Positions 1 to 9,896 of a stretch of DNA of 64,000 nt are shown here, in pieces. Made by a program: the position numbers and the translations under genes. Numbering within the stretch: the stretch's first letter is position 1; every line of letters begins with the position of its first letter. The stretch lies in IMG/VR virus record IMGVR_UViG_3300043959_000228, one strand, 5' to 3'. Under the pieces are notes generated by a model, which saw nothing but the letters and a program-made list of their open reading frames with translations, did not search any database and was not told the DNA's origin. This stretch comes from a virus (taxonomy: Duplodnaviria; Caudoviricetes).

Positions 1-1
1 C

Positions 2-940
2 ATGGTTATTCTAACAGCATTACCAATGATCTTGTTCTTCGCAGGATGGACCATCGATTATACGAAGAATGCTGCCGTCAGATCTGATTTGAATGACATC
101 GCTCAAGAGTCTGTGCAATCAGCTGTCCGAGAACAGAATTCCTCAGGTGCATTGCAATGTGGACAGGACTCCACGTATGAAATGACTCACGATTCGACTC
201 CTCAGCTCGTAGTCCGGGGTCTTTCTAAGATTCAACGATTAGCTCAGGGAGATTATACTGCTATTAATGGCGTCTCTGGAACTGGTAACAGTATGACTTA
301 TTCTGGAGGAGGAAAGTTCAATAAGAACTCAGCAGCTAGTCTATCACAGTTAGCCGCCGCGTATTTGCAGAAGACTGGTCGTGACTCAGGAACGACCAGT
401 GTGTATGGGAGCAATGATAAATACAGCGCTGCGAATGACGCAAGATTTGTGTCGTCAATGAGGAGTTTTGTTGATAAGGGCGTACACGACTCAGCCGAGC
501 AGTCAACTCTTGAGAAGAACTACGGATATTCAGGCGCGTACGATGCAGCCGCTGGAACTCGTCCAGGTAATAATTCATCTCAGAATAAGACACACACCTT
601 CTATAATGGTACAAGTTTTGATGGCACCGGATCTGACCTAGGCGTTAATAACAGTCTGAACTCAGGATCACCGGCTAATAGCTTTACAGTAAACAACGAT
701 GACACGTTGGTCATGATCATTACATGCAGTAAGGGTCTAAAGAACGCTGGATCATATAATGAGGACACTGTAGGATCATCTAACACCTTCACTACAATTG
801 ATGTTGATATTCGTGATTGGACATCAAACTTTGTAATGGGCATGTTTAATTCCGAATGGGATGTCCAACGATTCAGAATTAATCCTCGTGCAACGACATC
901 TTGGTCTACATCGGTTGTCGGTTATCCTAATGTTACATGA
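2..940 (+). CDS. TadG/TadE-like pilus assembly protein (probably 5'-truncated by window edge)
   Basis: Hydrophobic N-terminus 'LPMILFFAGWTIDY...RSDLNDIAQESVQSAV' fits the Tad pseudopilin pattern (P-x-hydrophobic-D...L-x2-A). TadA and TadB are at the other end of the window. Confidence 0.6.
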   Translation: MVILTALPMILFFAGWTIDYTKNAAVRSDLNDIAQESVQSAVREQNSSGALQCGQDSTYEMTHDSTPQLVVRGLSKIQRLAQGDYTAINGVSGTGNSMTYSGGGKFNKNSAASLSQLAAAYLQKTGRDSGTTSVYGSNDKYSAANDARFVSSMRSFVDKGVHDSAEQSTLEKNYGYSGAYDAAAGTRPGNNSSQNKTHTFYNGTSFDGTGSDLGVNNSLNSGSPANSFTVNNDDTLVMIITCSKGLKNAGSYNEDTVGSSNTFTTIDVDIRDWTSNFVMGMFNSEWDVQRFRINPRATTSWSTSVVGYPNVT

Positions 941-949
941 GAAATACTG

Positions 950-1072
950 ATTCTAAGACCCTGAAATCATTCGTCTAGTATAATGTATCATCTGAGGGTT
1001 CTCACAGCCATCACCAATCTTAATAGGCTCAGAACGTGAATCTTTACTCACGTTCTGAGCCTAACTAGATCT
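950..1072. repeat. Dispersed structured intergenic repeat, copy 1 (most diverged 5' part)
   Basis: TCGTCTAGTATAATGTATCATCTGAGG-N24-AATAGGCTCAGAACGTGA-loop-TCACGTTCTGAGCCTAACTAGATCT, with a perfect 16-bp stem at 1024-1039/1048-1063. Homologous to 32483-32611 and 54561-54691. Confidence 0.9.
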
Positions 1073-1082
1073 AAGAACAATC

Positions 1083-1517
1083 TCATGAAAAAGAAATGGG
1101 TCTTACTGGCTTGCTATTCTCCTCAGTAATGCTTTCCATGATCTTTTCCTTAACATCCCTTTCATTTTGATCAAGTAACCGATTGTTCTCATCAGCAATC
1201 TTCTCCATGTCCTCATTAAACGTGAAGATTCTAGCTGTAGCGTCAAACGGTCCATATGGAACCTCGTCCCCGAACGTGCCGTCAGCATGTTCAAGGATAG
1301 ACTGTTCGTCTCTCGGCACGAAGATTGCATTCTTCCCAGATTGCAATCCATAATCACTAAGATTCACTGAAACCGTTGCATAGATCTCTCCAGAAGGATC
1401 TCCAGGATATCTGGCTTGAATGGCTAATGCGCCATTCAGAAAATATCGAGTCGGAATCAGTTCTAGATTCTCACCGTCAGCGTCCTTGCCTTTAGTGTTA
1501 GATGCATGTAAAATCAT
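1083..1517 (-). CDS. Hypothetical protein, DUF4313-like
   Basis: 144-aa ORF with AAGGA RBS. The motif 'Y..NGALAIQ...GEIYATVSVNL' is typical of DUF4313-type mobile-element proteins. Confidence 0.5.
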   Translation of the reverse strand: MILHASNTKGKDADGENLELIPTRYFLNGALAIQARYPGDPSGEIYATVSVNLSDYGLQSGKNAIFVPRDEQSILEHADGTFGDEVPYGPFDATARIFTFNEDMEKIADENNRLLDQNERDVKEKIMESITEENSKPVRPISFS

Positions 1518-1642
1518 TATCAGTCCTTCTACTATTCCGATATAAACAATATCATAATAACATCATTGGTATAGTCTTGTCAACATATGTGCACATTTAC
1601 TAGTAATTGCCATATAGAATTATTTTTGATATGATTCATCAC

Positions 1643-1882
1643 ATGAAAACAATTGCGAAATGGAATACTGAAGATCATACGTATCACGATATAGACATTC
1701 CTGAGGATTGGAATGTCAAAACATATTCATCAGATCTTGATGAAATCATTACTTGTCCTAACTGTGGACATGAATTGACATATGGCGATGGATATTGCTC
1801 ACATCTATATCAGACCGAGCATGGTATGGGATACTCGGTCTGTGAAGATTGCTACGCTAATGAAGATAACGCTATCGGGTAG
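1643..1882 (+). CDS. Small zinc-finger protein
   Basis: CPNCG...VCEDC motifs. Start moved to ATG 1643, which lies 7 nt after TG-A-TATGAT (leaderless arrangement). Confidence 0.6.
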   Translation: MKTIAKWNTEDHTYHDIDIPEDWNVKTYSSDLDEIITCPNCGHELTYGDGYCSHLYQTEHGMGYSVCEDCYANEDNAIG

Positions 1883-3266
1883 AACCCACCGGCGTGGTTC
1901 CAACGACATCGACCTTCGTACCAATGGGAGCAAAGTCATAGATCCATTTAGCGTCATTGACATTCATATTGATGCATCCATGGGACGATGAAATGCCATG
2001 CGCGATATTATAGGTGTTCCATGGTGCGCCATGGAATCCTTCTCCACCATTGAAATACGATATCCATGGAACATTCGGCGTCACGTAATCAGCACCACGC
2101 ATTGTCTGTGTCGTATATTTGACATTGACATAAAAGACACCATTATCGGTTGTCTTATCAGCCTGTCCGCCTTTCCCGGTGGCAGCATTCAATGTGTTCA
2201 CTAAAGTTGATCCCTTATACGCGTAGACGCGTTGTTCGGAAAGATTGACTTGAATCCAAGGAGAACCATTCGCTGATGTGAAATCTCCAGGAGCGTTCTT
2301 CTTAGTCACAGGGCTATCAATGATTTTCCATTCAGCGGTTATCTGAGCGTCGATTCCCTTCTTCATAGCATTCATGATGACTGAGACACTATCATCAGGG
2401 ACAAGTAACTCCTTACCATTCGATCCGTAGGTTATGGTTGCAATTTTCGCTGACCCGTCAGGAGTCATCATATTTACCGTTGGCGTTGCTTCTAATCCTA
2501 ATCCTTTGACATACTGATCAAATGCGCTCTTAGCTACATCGTTATTCCAGACAATGTCTTTTGATTGATTGTCTATAGTCATCATAGAAGCAATAACACT
2601 CGTTGGTATCGTTTCTGATCCCGTATTCGTTTGTATAATATATGATCGACGAAGAATGGTATTTGCCCGTTCAATAGTCTTGTTAAGATCGTCATGTGCT
2701 GATGGTTGGACATCGTCCTTCCTCGTCGTTGTAACGGATGTGGTGATATTATCCAGTTTCCCATTTTTGACCATGGCTTGAATAATAGGATCGACGTCAA
2801 TACTAGAGCCGTTCTTACCTGTGACGAGAGTATAATCATTCGTATTACCGGAGAACGATGCTGAGGCTTGTTGAACAGCCTGATCACCGAGAAAATCCAT
2901 ATTCAATTTCGCGGTCATGTTTTCAGAGTCGATCGTCACGGGTATGTCTACACGTCTATTGATGAATGATTGACCTATTGACCTTCGTTCCGAGGCCTGT
3001 TTCACTGTAGAGTCAATATTTGCTGTGATACCTAGATCGTGTAGTGTATACGTGTGATGCTGAGATCCCACGGACACAGTAATCCTCTGATGCTGAAGAG
3101 CAGTCTTCGCTTGCTTAACCGTCATTCCAGAAACATTCAATCCAGCTATTGATGTGTTTTCAATAGTGTTCGATGATGATGGTATGATGAACAGACAGCC
3201 GATACTGATAGCAATGACGCCGATGACGATAGCCGACGTTACGATGACCTTGTTTTTAACGTTCAT
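1872..3266 (-). CDS. L,D-transpeptidase (YkuD domain) with N-terminal anchor and PG-binding region
   Basis: N-terminal TM, then 'IQVNLSEQRVYAY' and catalytic 'GFHGAPW...SHGCIN' (HxxxxW...SHGC). Confidence 0.9.
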   Translation of the reverse strand: MNVKNKVIVTSAIVIGVIAISIGCLFIIPSSSNTIENTSIAGLNVSGMTVKQAKTALQHQRITVSVGSQHHTYTLHDLGITANIDSTVKQASERRSIGQSFINRRVDIPVTIDSENMTAKLNMDFLGDQAVQQASASFSGNTNDYTLVTGKNGSSIDVDPIIQAMVKNGKLDNITTSVTTTRKDDVQPSAHDDLNKTIERANTILRRSYIIQTNTGSETIPTSVIASMMTIDNQSKDIVWNNDVAKSAFDQYVKGLGLEATPTVNMMTPDGSAKIATITYGSNGKELLVPDDSVSVIMNAMKKGIDAQITAEWKIIDSPVTKKNAPGDFTSANGSPWIQVNLSEQRVYAYKGSTLVNTLNAATGKGGQADKTTDNGVFYVNVKYTTQTMRGADYVTPNVPWISYFNGGEGFHGAPWNTYNIAHGISSSHGCINMNVNDAKWIYDFAPIGTKVDVVGTTPVGSTR

Positions 3267-3610
3267 AATTGTTGTAATCCCTCGATGACATCTCGCTCAG
3301 CCGTAAGATAGATTTTATGATATCGCTCATGTTTGAGCGTAATCATAATGACTGGATGATCTCCTTGAACAAAGCAGAAATCTCGTGTCCTATCCGTTAG
3401 ATTGACGGTTTCGCCAATATGCATCTGATACATTGACGTGCCCATGGTCTTAAATCGATCTAAATGGGCCTTAGACTTATCGAGATGATAATTAATGGAT
3501 ACGATGTTTCTTCGTTGGAAGCTCATTTTATTTTTCATTGACGCAATCTTGCTCATGCCGTCAAACTCAATGATCACTACGCCATTTCGCTGAATGATTC
3601 TAATGGACAC
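3263..3610 (-). CDS. Hypothetical protein (possible bacterial PH-like fold)
   Basis: 115-aa ORF with GGAGA RBS. Its stop overlaps the LDT start (ATGA), which suggests coupling. Confidence 0.55.
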   Translation of the reverse strand: MSIRIIQRNGVVIIEFDGMSKIASMKNKMSFQRRNIVSINYHLDKSKAHLDRFKTMGTSMYQMHIGETVNLTDRTRDFCFVQGDHPVIMITLKHERYHKIYLTAERDVIEGLQQL

Positions 3611-3789
3611 GATATTCTTCTCCCTGATGGCTACCTATGCATAATATGACATGGTACCAACGATATAAGGATATAACAATTGTATGTTTGGTTCATATTA
3701 TGATAATCCGTGATATAATGACGCATGTAATTAGTAAACAACCTATTATACAAGGCTGAGGTATCAGCTTTACACAGGGGTGAATTATT

Positions 3790-4557
3790 ATGAAGAGTAT
3801 GATTAGTAATCTTCGAACCGGATTCGCGTATGCATTGAATCCTAAGAACATCATCAAAGAGCTCATTGATTGGACGAAATTTGAATGGGCGTTGCTCGCT
3901 ACGTTACTTACCGTGCAGACAGGTGCTTTTATCATTGGATCTGATTATTCCATCATGGGATGGATCGGTCTACTTACTGGGATCGCGACTATCCTTTCCC
4001 TCGTCCTCGTGAATAAGGGCCGATTAACCAATTATGTTTGGGGATTCCTTGGTAGCGTGACTTGGTTCATCGTAGCGATACACAACTGGTTGATTGGTGA
4101 CATGTTCAGTCAGGCTTTTTATGTTGTGATGCAGATAGTCGGATTGTACACCTGGGCACGATTGCTCTCTAAGTCGTCTAAGGACACGGTGTCTGCACGC
4201 AAGATGAAGCCATTGCAGGGCGTGCTCAGTATTATCGGAACCATCGCTATCTATGCCATTGTGGTCACGGTGTCTATCCACGCTGACGGTAATCAGATAT
4301 GGCTTGATGGCACACTACTTCCACTTGGCATTGCAGGACAGACCCTGATGACTTTCGGCTATCGTAGCCAGTGGTTCGCTTGGATTGCTCTTGACATCGT
4401 GAATGTCGTGATTTGGTTTAACCAGCTACAGAGTGGAGGTGTGGCTGCAGTGAGCATGTTGGTATTACAGATCGTCATGCTACTGAATGCCTTCTACGGA
4501 GCCTACTGCTGGTTCAAGTCTTCTAATGACACGCCGAAGGTATCGACCAATGATTAA
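3790..4557 (+). CDS. pnuC: Nicotinamide riboside transporter PnuC
   Basis: 7-8 TM helices with 'LVNKGRLTNYVWG', 'GLYTW', 'WLDG' and 'YRSQWFAWIALDIV' (PnuC WxxWxxxD motif). Adjacent to nadR. Confidence 0.92.
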   Translation: MKSMISNLRTGFAYALNPKNIIKELIDWTKFEWALLATLLTVQTGAFIIGSDYSIMGWIGLLTGIATILSLVLVNKGRLTNYVWGFLGSVTWFIVAIHNWLIGDMFSQAFYVVMQIVGLYTWARLLSKSSKDTVSARKMKPLQGVLSIIGTIAIYAIVVTVSIHADGNQIWLDGTLLPLGIAGQTLMTFGYRSQWFAWIALDIVNVVIWFNQLQSGGVAAVSMLVLQIVMLLNAFYGAYCWFKSSNDTPKVSTND

Positions 4558-4605
4558 TGTTACAATAGACGTATTGACAAGGTACATAATCGTAGGGGAT
4601 GCATC

Positions 4606-5178
4606 ATGACAGATTTTCATATCGATATCAACCATCAGATGGTGTCGAATCAGCAAGTATTCGCTGGCCCTATCTTCACCATTGATCAGAGAGTCATTGA
4701 CATTCAGGGTAATCAGGTAATGCGACAAATCGTCAATCATGCACCAGTCGTGTACATTCTGGCTCATAACATCGATAATGATACGTATCTCCTAGAGAAA
4801 GAGTATCGTTCTGGTGTGGACGCCGTGTGCTACGGCCTCCCAGCTGGCTTTATTGATGATCATGAAACACCAATGACGGCAGCACAAAGAGAATTACAGG
4901 AGGAAACTGGTCTCATCGTGCAGGAGAGCGATCTTGAGCATGTCGGAGATTGGCACTCTAGTCAGGGATTCACTAATGAGCTTGCTCATGTATATCGTGT
5001 TGATGTTCATAAGCCAATCATTGGTTCTACATCATTTGACAAGGACGAGTTTGTCGAGTCTCAATGGGTGTCTTGGAATGACCTTTATGAATTGGTAAAG
5101 AATGGTGATCTATCAAGTGCTACGGCCGTAGCGACGGTATTGCATGAGGTTCTATTGAGGCAGGAGAAGGAATCATGA
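4606..5178 (+). CDS. Nudix hydrolase, ADP-ribose pyrophosphatase-like
   Basis: Nudix box 'GFIDDHETPMTAAQRELQEETG' preceded by 'EYRSG...LPAG'. Confidence 0.9.
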   Translation: MTDFHIDINHQMVSNQQVFAGPIFTIDQRVIDIQGNQVMRQIVNHAPVVYILAHNIDNDTYLLEKEYRSGVDAVCYGLPAGFIDDHETPMTAAQRELQEETGLIVQESDLEHVGDWHSSQGFTNELAHVYRVDVHKPIIGSTSFDKDEFVESQWVSWNDLYELVKNGDLSSATAVATVLHEVLLRQEKES

Positions 5179-6296
5179 GTCGTCAACGAATTGGTGTGGT
5201 ATTCGGCACGTTTGCTCCATTGCATGTCGGTCATCAACAGGAGATTTATAAGGCCGTAGCAGAATGTGGACAGGCTATCGTCATCGTCAGTGGATATCAG
5301 GGTGATCGTGGTGATCTAGTTGGTCTGCCCTTGCAGAAGAGGTATCGGTATCTACGAGAGGCCTATAGTGATGAAACGACCATCCACGTGGATATGATCG
5401 ATGAATCAGCAATACCAAGGTATCCTGATGGATGGGGTCCATGGCTTGATGCGCTCGTAGCTGTCATTCGGAGAAACACGCCAGAGGGCATGACTGATAG
5501 GGAGTATGTCCTCTATACTGGTGAGCAAGATTATATTGATGAGTTGTCAACAAGACTGCCGAATTATACGGATGATCATACATCATGGACGACCGTGAAA
5601 CTGGATAGGAGTCGCATACCTGTATCGGCAACCATGATTCGGTCTGATTCAATGCAGTACTGGTCGTTGATCAACCGTGTGTTCAGGCGTGCGTTCACGA
5701 AGAAAGTGCTCGTGATGGGATCAGCGTCAACTGGCAAATCTACTCTTGTACGAAGACTCGCTCGGTCAATTAATGCGCCATTTTCTGAGGAATACGCTCG
5801 AACATACGAGGAGGAGAGGAATCTTAAGGACGACGATCTTAGCGTGGCAGATTACGTGTCCTTCTTTGAGGGACAGGATCGAGTCAATTGTCAGGAGGTC
5901 AAATCACCATCAAATCAAGGTGTGGTCTTCTTTGATACTGACGCTATTGTCACGAAGACGTATGCTGAGCGGTATCTCCCTGAAACTGATCGTAGCCAAT
6001 GGGAGGCCGTTGCCCAGTTATACATCAATAGGGAATCGCCAGATCTCATTCTTCTGATCCCTCCGATGACTGACTATGTTGACGATGGATTCAGGAATAT
6101 GGACTGGGCCGCTGACACTGATGGCTTCTACTCGGCACTACTAGCCAATCTTCGGCAGGCTAATCTTATGGATAAGGTCGTCGTACTTGATGATGGCGGC
6201 ACGCCAGGCGACGAGGGTGGCTTCTACGCAAGATTGACGCATGCTAAGAAAGCCGTTGAGGATCATATTGGTGTCTCGATGGACTTCTTGGACTGA
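5175..6296 (+). CDS. nadR: NadR-type NMN adenylyltransferase / ribosylnicotinamide kinase (no HTH)
   Basis: 'FGTFAPLHVGH' (HxGH) and 'SATMIR', then P-loop 'GSASTGKST', 'EEYAR' and 'FFDTD'. Confidence 0.92.
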   Translation: MSRQRIGVVFGTFAPLHVGHQQEIYKAVAECGQAIVIVSGYQGDRGDLVGLPLQKRYRYLREAYSDETTIHVDMIDESAIPRYPDGWGPWLDALVAVIRRNTPEGMTDREYVLYTGEQDYIDELSTRLPNYTDDHTSWTTVKLDRSRIPVSATMIRSDSMQYWSLINRVFRRAFTKKVLVMGSASTGKSTLVRRLARSINAPFSEEYARTYEEERNLKDDDLSVADYVSFFEGQDRVNCQEVKSPSNQGVVFFDTDAIVTKTYAERYLPETDRSQWEAVAQLYINRESPDLILLIPPMTDYVDDGFRNMDWAADTDGFYSALLANLRQANLMDKVVVLDDGGTPGDEGGFYARLTHAKKAVEDHIGVSMDFLD

Positions 6297-6312
6297 TCCT
6301 GTTTTTCTGACT

Positions 6313-6362
6313 TGAGGACACGAAACTACAATCGTTGAATCAGATGTAGTTTCGTGTCCTCA
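6313..6362. terminator. Long perfect hairpin after nadR (probable terminator)
   Basis: TGAGGACACGAAACTACA / TGTAGTTTCGTGTCCTCA, an 18-bp stem with a 14-nt loop. Confidence 0.7.
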
Positions 6363-6428
6363 GATCGTTTATTCTGAATGCTATCAAATTGGTAATATAA
6401 TTATTATTCGATACGATTGGAGGACTAG

Positions 6429-6908
6429 ATGGTTGATCAGAGGGTTAGAGGCGTTCTCGATTGGGATGAATCCTACATGAGACTTGCTGAGGATATCGCT
6501 CATTTTAGATCGAAGGATCCGTCGACGCAGGTCGGTGCCTTCATTGTTGGCAGGGATCATAAGCCATTGTCCTTAGGCTATAATGGAACCCCTCATGGAT
6601 GGGATGACCGTGATTTTCCATGGGGTAAGACATCGTCGTCTAATCTTGACACGAAATATAAATTCGTCGTACACGCTGAGAGGAACGCTATTCTGAACGC
6701 TCCTGGTGGTGTGACGTCTCTACGTGATTCAACACTGTATACGACGTTGTTTCCATGTAGTGAATGCGCTAAGGACATCGCTCAGACAGGTATTCGAGAA
6801 GTGGTATTCAGAGAATATCGAGAATCAGAGGACGCTGATGCATCAAAGATGATTCTAAGCCATGCTGGTATTACCTGGAGATCAATAGGAGATTATGAGA
6901 ATGCGTAG
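6429..6908 (+). CDS. dCMP deaminase
   Basis: 'RSKDPSTQVGA', 'GYNG', 'HAERNAI' and 'PCSECAK' Zn motifs. Confidence 0.93.
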   Translation: MVDQRVRGVLDWDESYMRLAEDIAHFRSKDPSTQVGAFIVGRDHKPLSLGYNGTPHGWDDRDFPWGKTSSSNLDTKYKFVVHAERNAILNAPGGVTSLRDSTLYTTLFPCSECAKDIAQTGIREVVFREYRESEDADASKMILSHAGITWRSIGDYENA

Positions 6909-7416
6909 GAGAAGCATAGCGTTAACGATCCTTATGATCTTAACGATGATAGCTGTGTCTGGTTGCGGGGCTCATAAGCAAACCTACGATTATGGTTTCT
7001 CGATTTCAGATCAAACCGTTGACGAACAATCTGCTCAAGCACGCAGGGCTGCAGACAAATATCTTATTGTAGATCTTATTCCTTCAGGTAATAATACACA
7101 ATGGACTCCAGCGAAGCGCATTGAGACATCAGATAAGAAGACCATGACTGAATCCGGGTCATTCGTCATTGGTTCTTGTCTTAATGGACCATACACGATA
7201 CAACGATCAACGCGTACATCATCCTGGTCGGGTCAATCACATGTGCAACAGATTGACATCTCGTCAGATATGATGCAACTGCAAATGCAGAACGAGATGT
7301 CGTGTGACCAGAATATCATTGGTCAGCATGATTATTCGATCACTTGGTCGTTGAGTACGAACGATGTAACAGCTATGCAAGTTGACGGGAAGAACTTGAA
7401 GCTAATATCGAAGTAG
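6895..7416 (+). CDS. Putative lipoprotein
   Basis: Basic N-terminus, hydrophobic stretch and lipobox 'VSGC'. Confidence 0.65.
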   Translation: MRMRRRSIALTILMILTMIAVSGCGAHKQTYDYGFSISDQTVDEQSAQARRAADKYLIVDLIPSGNNTQWTPAKRIETSDKKTMTESGSFVIGSCLNGPYTIQRSTRTSSWSGQSHVQQIDISSDMMQLQMQNEMSCDQNIIGQHDYSITWSLSTNDVTAMQVDGKNLKLISK

Positions 7417-7527
7417 ACACCATATAGATGAAGCATACGAGTTAGATTCATCGTATGTAATTGTTGTGTGATGTCATTGTGTTTTTGATGATATCCTCAT
7501 CATACGTCTACATGATTGGAGGATGGA

Positions 7528-8187
7528 ATGCCTGTTCCACTCACTGAGAGGATTTCTAGGAGCATCATTCAGGATGGTTATTTATTAGAGCCAATAGGTC
7601 ATGATGGCAAGGGTCGATTAATATGGCCCAGGATGGTAGATAATCCTCATTCACACATGTTAGTCATCGCTTCACCGTCAAATCAGCGGCGATTAGATGC
7701 ATCCTTGCATATTATTCATGATCGTTCGACGGTCCCAGTCATGATGATTGATCAGCAATTAAGCGTTATGCAAGCAAGATCGAATCTTAGGAATATCATT
7801 AAATCAATAGATTCTGGTTGCAGTCATCCAATGATGGTTATGATTGTTGGATTAGATGCACTTTTGCATGGTATCAGGAGATCAGAGAATATAGAATCCG
7901 TATATCATGATCTTATTCGCTTAATGACTATTGGCCCAGCGTATGATATCCACGTGGTGATTGGACAGACGATGAACGATCGAGGTGTTCGCCAGTTACG
8001 TCGGTTATCATGTGATTGGGATTGGATTATTAGTGTAGGCAGACTGGATCCTATATCATGTGAAATGGCTTTAGGAGATTTGAGCGTATCGTCGTTGCCT
8101 ATCAGGAATACGAATGTGATTCTTCATGAACGATCTGGTCGTCGTCATTCTTCCATGAGGATTATTATGGACCAGAGAATGATATGA
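7528..8187 (+). CDS. Degenerate FtsK/SpoIIIE-like domain protein
   Basis: 'PIGHDGKG...NPHSHMLVIA' and 'LIRLMTIGPAYDIHVVIG' echo FtsK-family motifs, but Walker A/B are absent. GGAGG RBS precedes ATG 7528. Confidence 0.5.
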   Translation: MPVPLTERISRSIIQDGYLLEPIGHDGKGRLIWPRMVDNPHSHMLVIASPSNQRRLDASLHIIHDRSTVPVMMIDQQLSVMQARSNLRNIIKSIDSGCSHPMMVMIVGLDALLHGIRRSENIESVYHDLIRLMTIGPAYDIHVVIGQTMNDRGVRQLRRLSCDWDWIISVGRLDPISCEMALGDLSVSSLPIRNTNVILHERSGRRHSSMRIIMDQRMI

Positions 8188-8335
8188 TTATTGGTATTAT
8201 GTTCTATATGGACGAGAAGCCACCATAAAAATCATGTAGGCTGATGATCTTGTTTCACTGATTGGATACGAGGATCAATCTCATCAGTAATCAGTCTATA
8301 TTCTTACGGGATCTTCATGAACATTGGATGGTTTT

Positions 8336-9766
8336 ATGGTTACTAGAATTACCTCGGTTATTGATACAAACGTTTTTCTAAGCACTGGAGATGAGGTCTT
8401 CAGTCATCTGAAGAATCGGGATATCGTCATTCCACTCACTGTCTATAAGGAATTAGAGAGATACAGGACGGATCCAGGTGGTCGTGGATATGCCTCTAGG
8501 GCAGTTATTAGAAAACTCGAAGAGCTACGAACGAGTAATCCTGATATTGACATGAGCCAGCGCGGCGTGAAAACCTCAAGCGGCAATACTGTACGAGTCG
8601 AAGTGAATCATACGAATCAAGACGTATTGATAGAGGATCTTCGTGATGAATCTTCAAATGATCATAAGATTCTCGCTGTCGTGAAGAATCTTGAAGAGAA
8701 GGACAAGTTAACTGTCGAATTCATTACTAACGATGCGCCATTACGGTTCATTGCTAGTGTATTCGAGAAGATTAATGCTATTCCATATGAGGATGGTCGT
8801 GCTGAGAAATTCACTGGTGTTATTGATCTTGATTTAGACGCACCAGAATACGCTGACAAGCATTATGAAATTGGCTCTATAGAAGATGAAGAGTATACCG
8901 ATCTTATTCGACCGCTATTCCATAGAACGCCATATCATGCTGTGATTCATGTATCACAGGGTGCGAATGATGATTGGATTATCAAGAACGGTCATACGTA
9001 TTCTGATTTTAATAAAACGACATGGCCGCATGTTGGTCCAGTGTATCCAATGAACGAGGAACAGGGTATGGCTAATACCTGGCTGAACGATGACTCCGTG
9101 TCCATGGTGTCTCTTGGAGGAGTTGCTGGAGCTGGTAAATCGTTACTTGCCCTATCATATGGATTAGATGCTGTTGAGCATGGTAAATACTCTAAAGTGA
9201 CGGTATTCAGATCAATGTATTCTGTCGGCCAGCAGGATCAGGGATTCCTCCCAGGAGCTGCTGACGAGAAGATGCGACCATGGGCACAGGCCGTCTGGGA
9301 TAATGTCAGAAAATATGATAAGTCGAAGAAAGGAAAGAAGTCTAAGGCCGCGTCGAGTAAAGCTGTTCATGCAAAGAGTAGTGACGATTCACGAATGACA
9401 ACCATGCCTGATGGCAGGGTGTTACCCATGATTGAGGCTCAATACGGTGATAAGGTATCAGTTGAGCCAATCACCTATCTTAGAGGACGTACACTTGAGG
9501 ATCAGCTTATTATTGTTGATGATGCTCAGTCGTTAGATCGTTCCATTCTTCTTGATGTCGTATCTCGACTAGGTCGTGGGTCGAAGATTATCTTCACGTT
9601 TGATATGGATCAGCAGGATAATCCATATCTTTCCTCGGGAACGTCTATTGAATCATTGATCAATCGTCTAAAGTCGGAGAAAGTGTTTGCTCATGTCAGC
9701 TTCACGAAGTCTGAACGTTCAGAACTCGCTCAATTAGCTTCAAAACTCCTATCAGAATTGAATTAA
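8336..9766 (+). CDS. PIN-PhoH (PhoH2) family protein
   Basis: PIN motifs 'VIDTNVFL', 'DHKILA' and 'ITNDAPLR'. PhoH ATPase motifs 'GVAGAGKS', 'GFLPG...EKMRPW', 'YLRGRTL', 'DDAQ' and 'RLGRGSK'. Confidence 0.92.
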   Translation: MVTRITSVIDTNVFLSTGDEVFSHLKNRDIVIPLTVYKELERYRTDPGGRGYASRAVIRKLEELRTSNPDIDMSQRGVKTSSGNTVRVEVNHTNQDVLIEDLRDESSNDHKILAVVKNLEEKDKLTVEFITNDAPLRFIASVFEKINAIPYEDGRAEKFTGVIDLDLDAPEYADKHYEIGSIEDEEYTDLIRPLFHRTPYHAVIHVSQGANDDWIIKNGHTYSDFNKTTWPHVGPVYPMNEEQGMANTWLNDDSVSMVSLGGVAGAGKSLLALSYGLDAVEHGKYSKVTVFRSMYSVGQQDQGFLPGAADEKMRPWAQAVWDNVRKYDKSKKGKKSKAASSKAVHAKSSDDSRMTTMPDGRVLPMIEAQYGDKVSVEPITYLRGRTLEDQLIIVDDAQSLDRSILLDVVSRLGRGSKIIFTFDMDQQDNPYLSSGTSIESLINRLKSEKVFAHVSFTKSERSELAQLASKLLSELN

Positions 9767-9776
9767 AACAGTAGTG

Positions 9777-9825
9777 ATCATAATGAGGGCTCCAATCCGT
9801 TGAGGGTTGGAGCCCTCATTATGAT
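9777..9825. terminator. Long hairpin after phoH-like gene
   Basis: ATCATAATGAGGGCTCCAA / TTGGAGCCCTCATTATGAT, a 19-bp perfect stem. Confidence 0.7.
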
Positions 9826-9896
9826 TGTTGGTGATATCTTCATTGTGGTAATACGAGACCTCATTGAAAAATGAGATAGACAGTAGGAAGGTTCTG

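Noticed and set aside
973-1000. dif- or loxP-like site (ATAATGTAT core)
   Set aside because: Only the central bases resemble dif/loxP. There is no XerD arm (TTATGTYAA) and no inverted arms around the core.
3700-3789. NAD+/pnuC riboswitch upstream of pnuC
   Set aside because: Only a small hairpin (AAGGCTGA-GGTA-TCAGCTTT) is visible and I could not match a known riboswitch consensus. An Rfam search would settle it.
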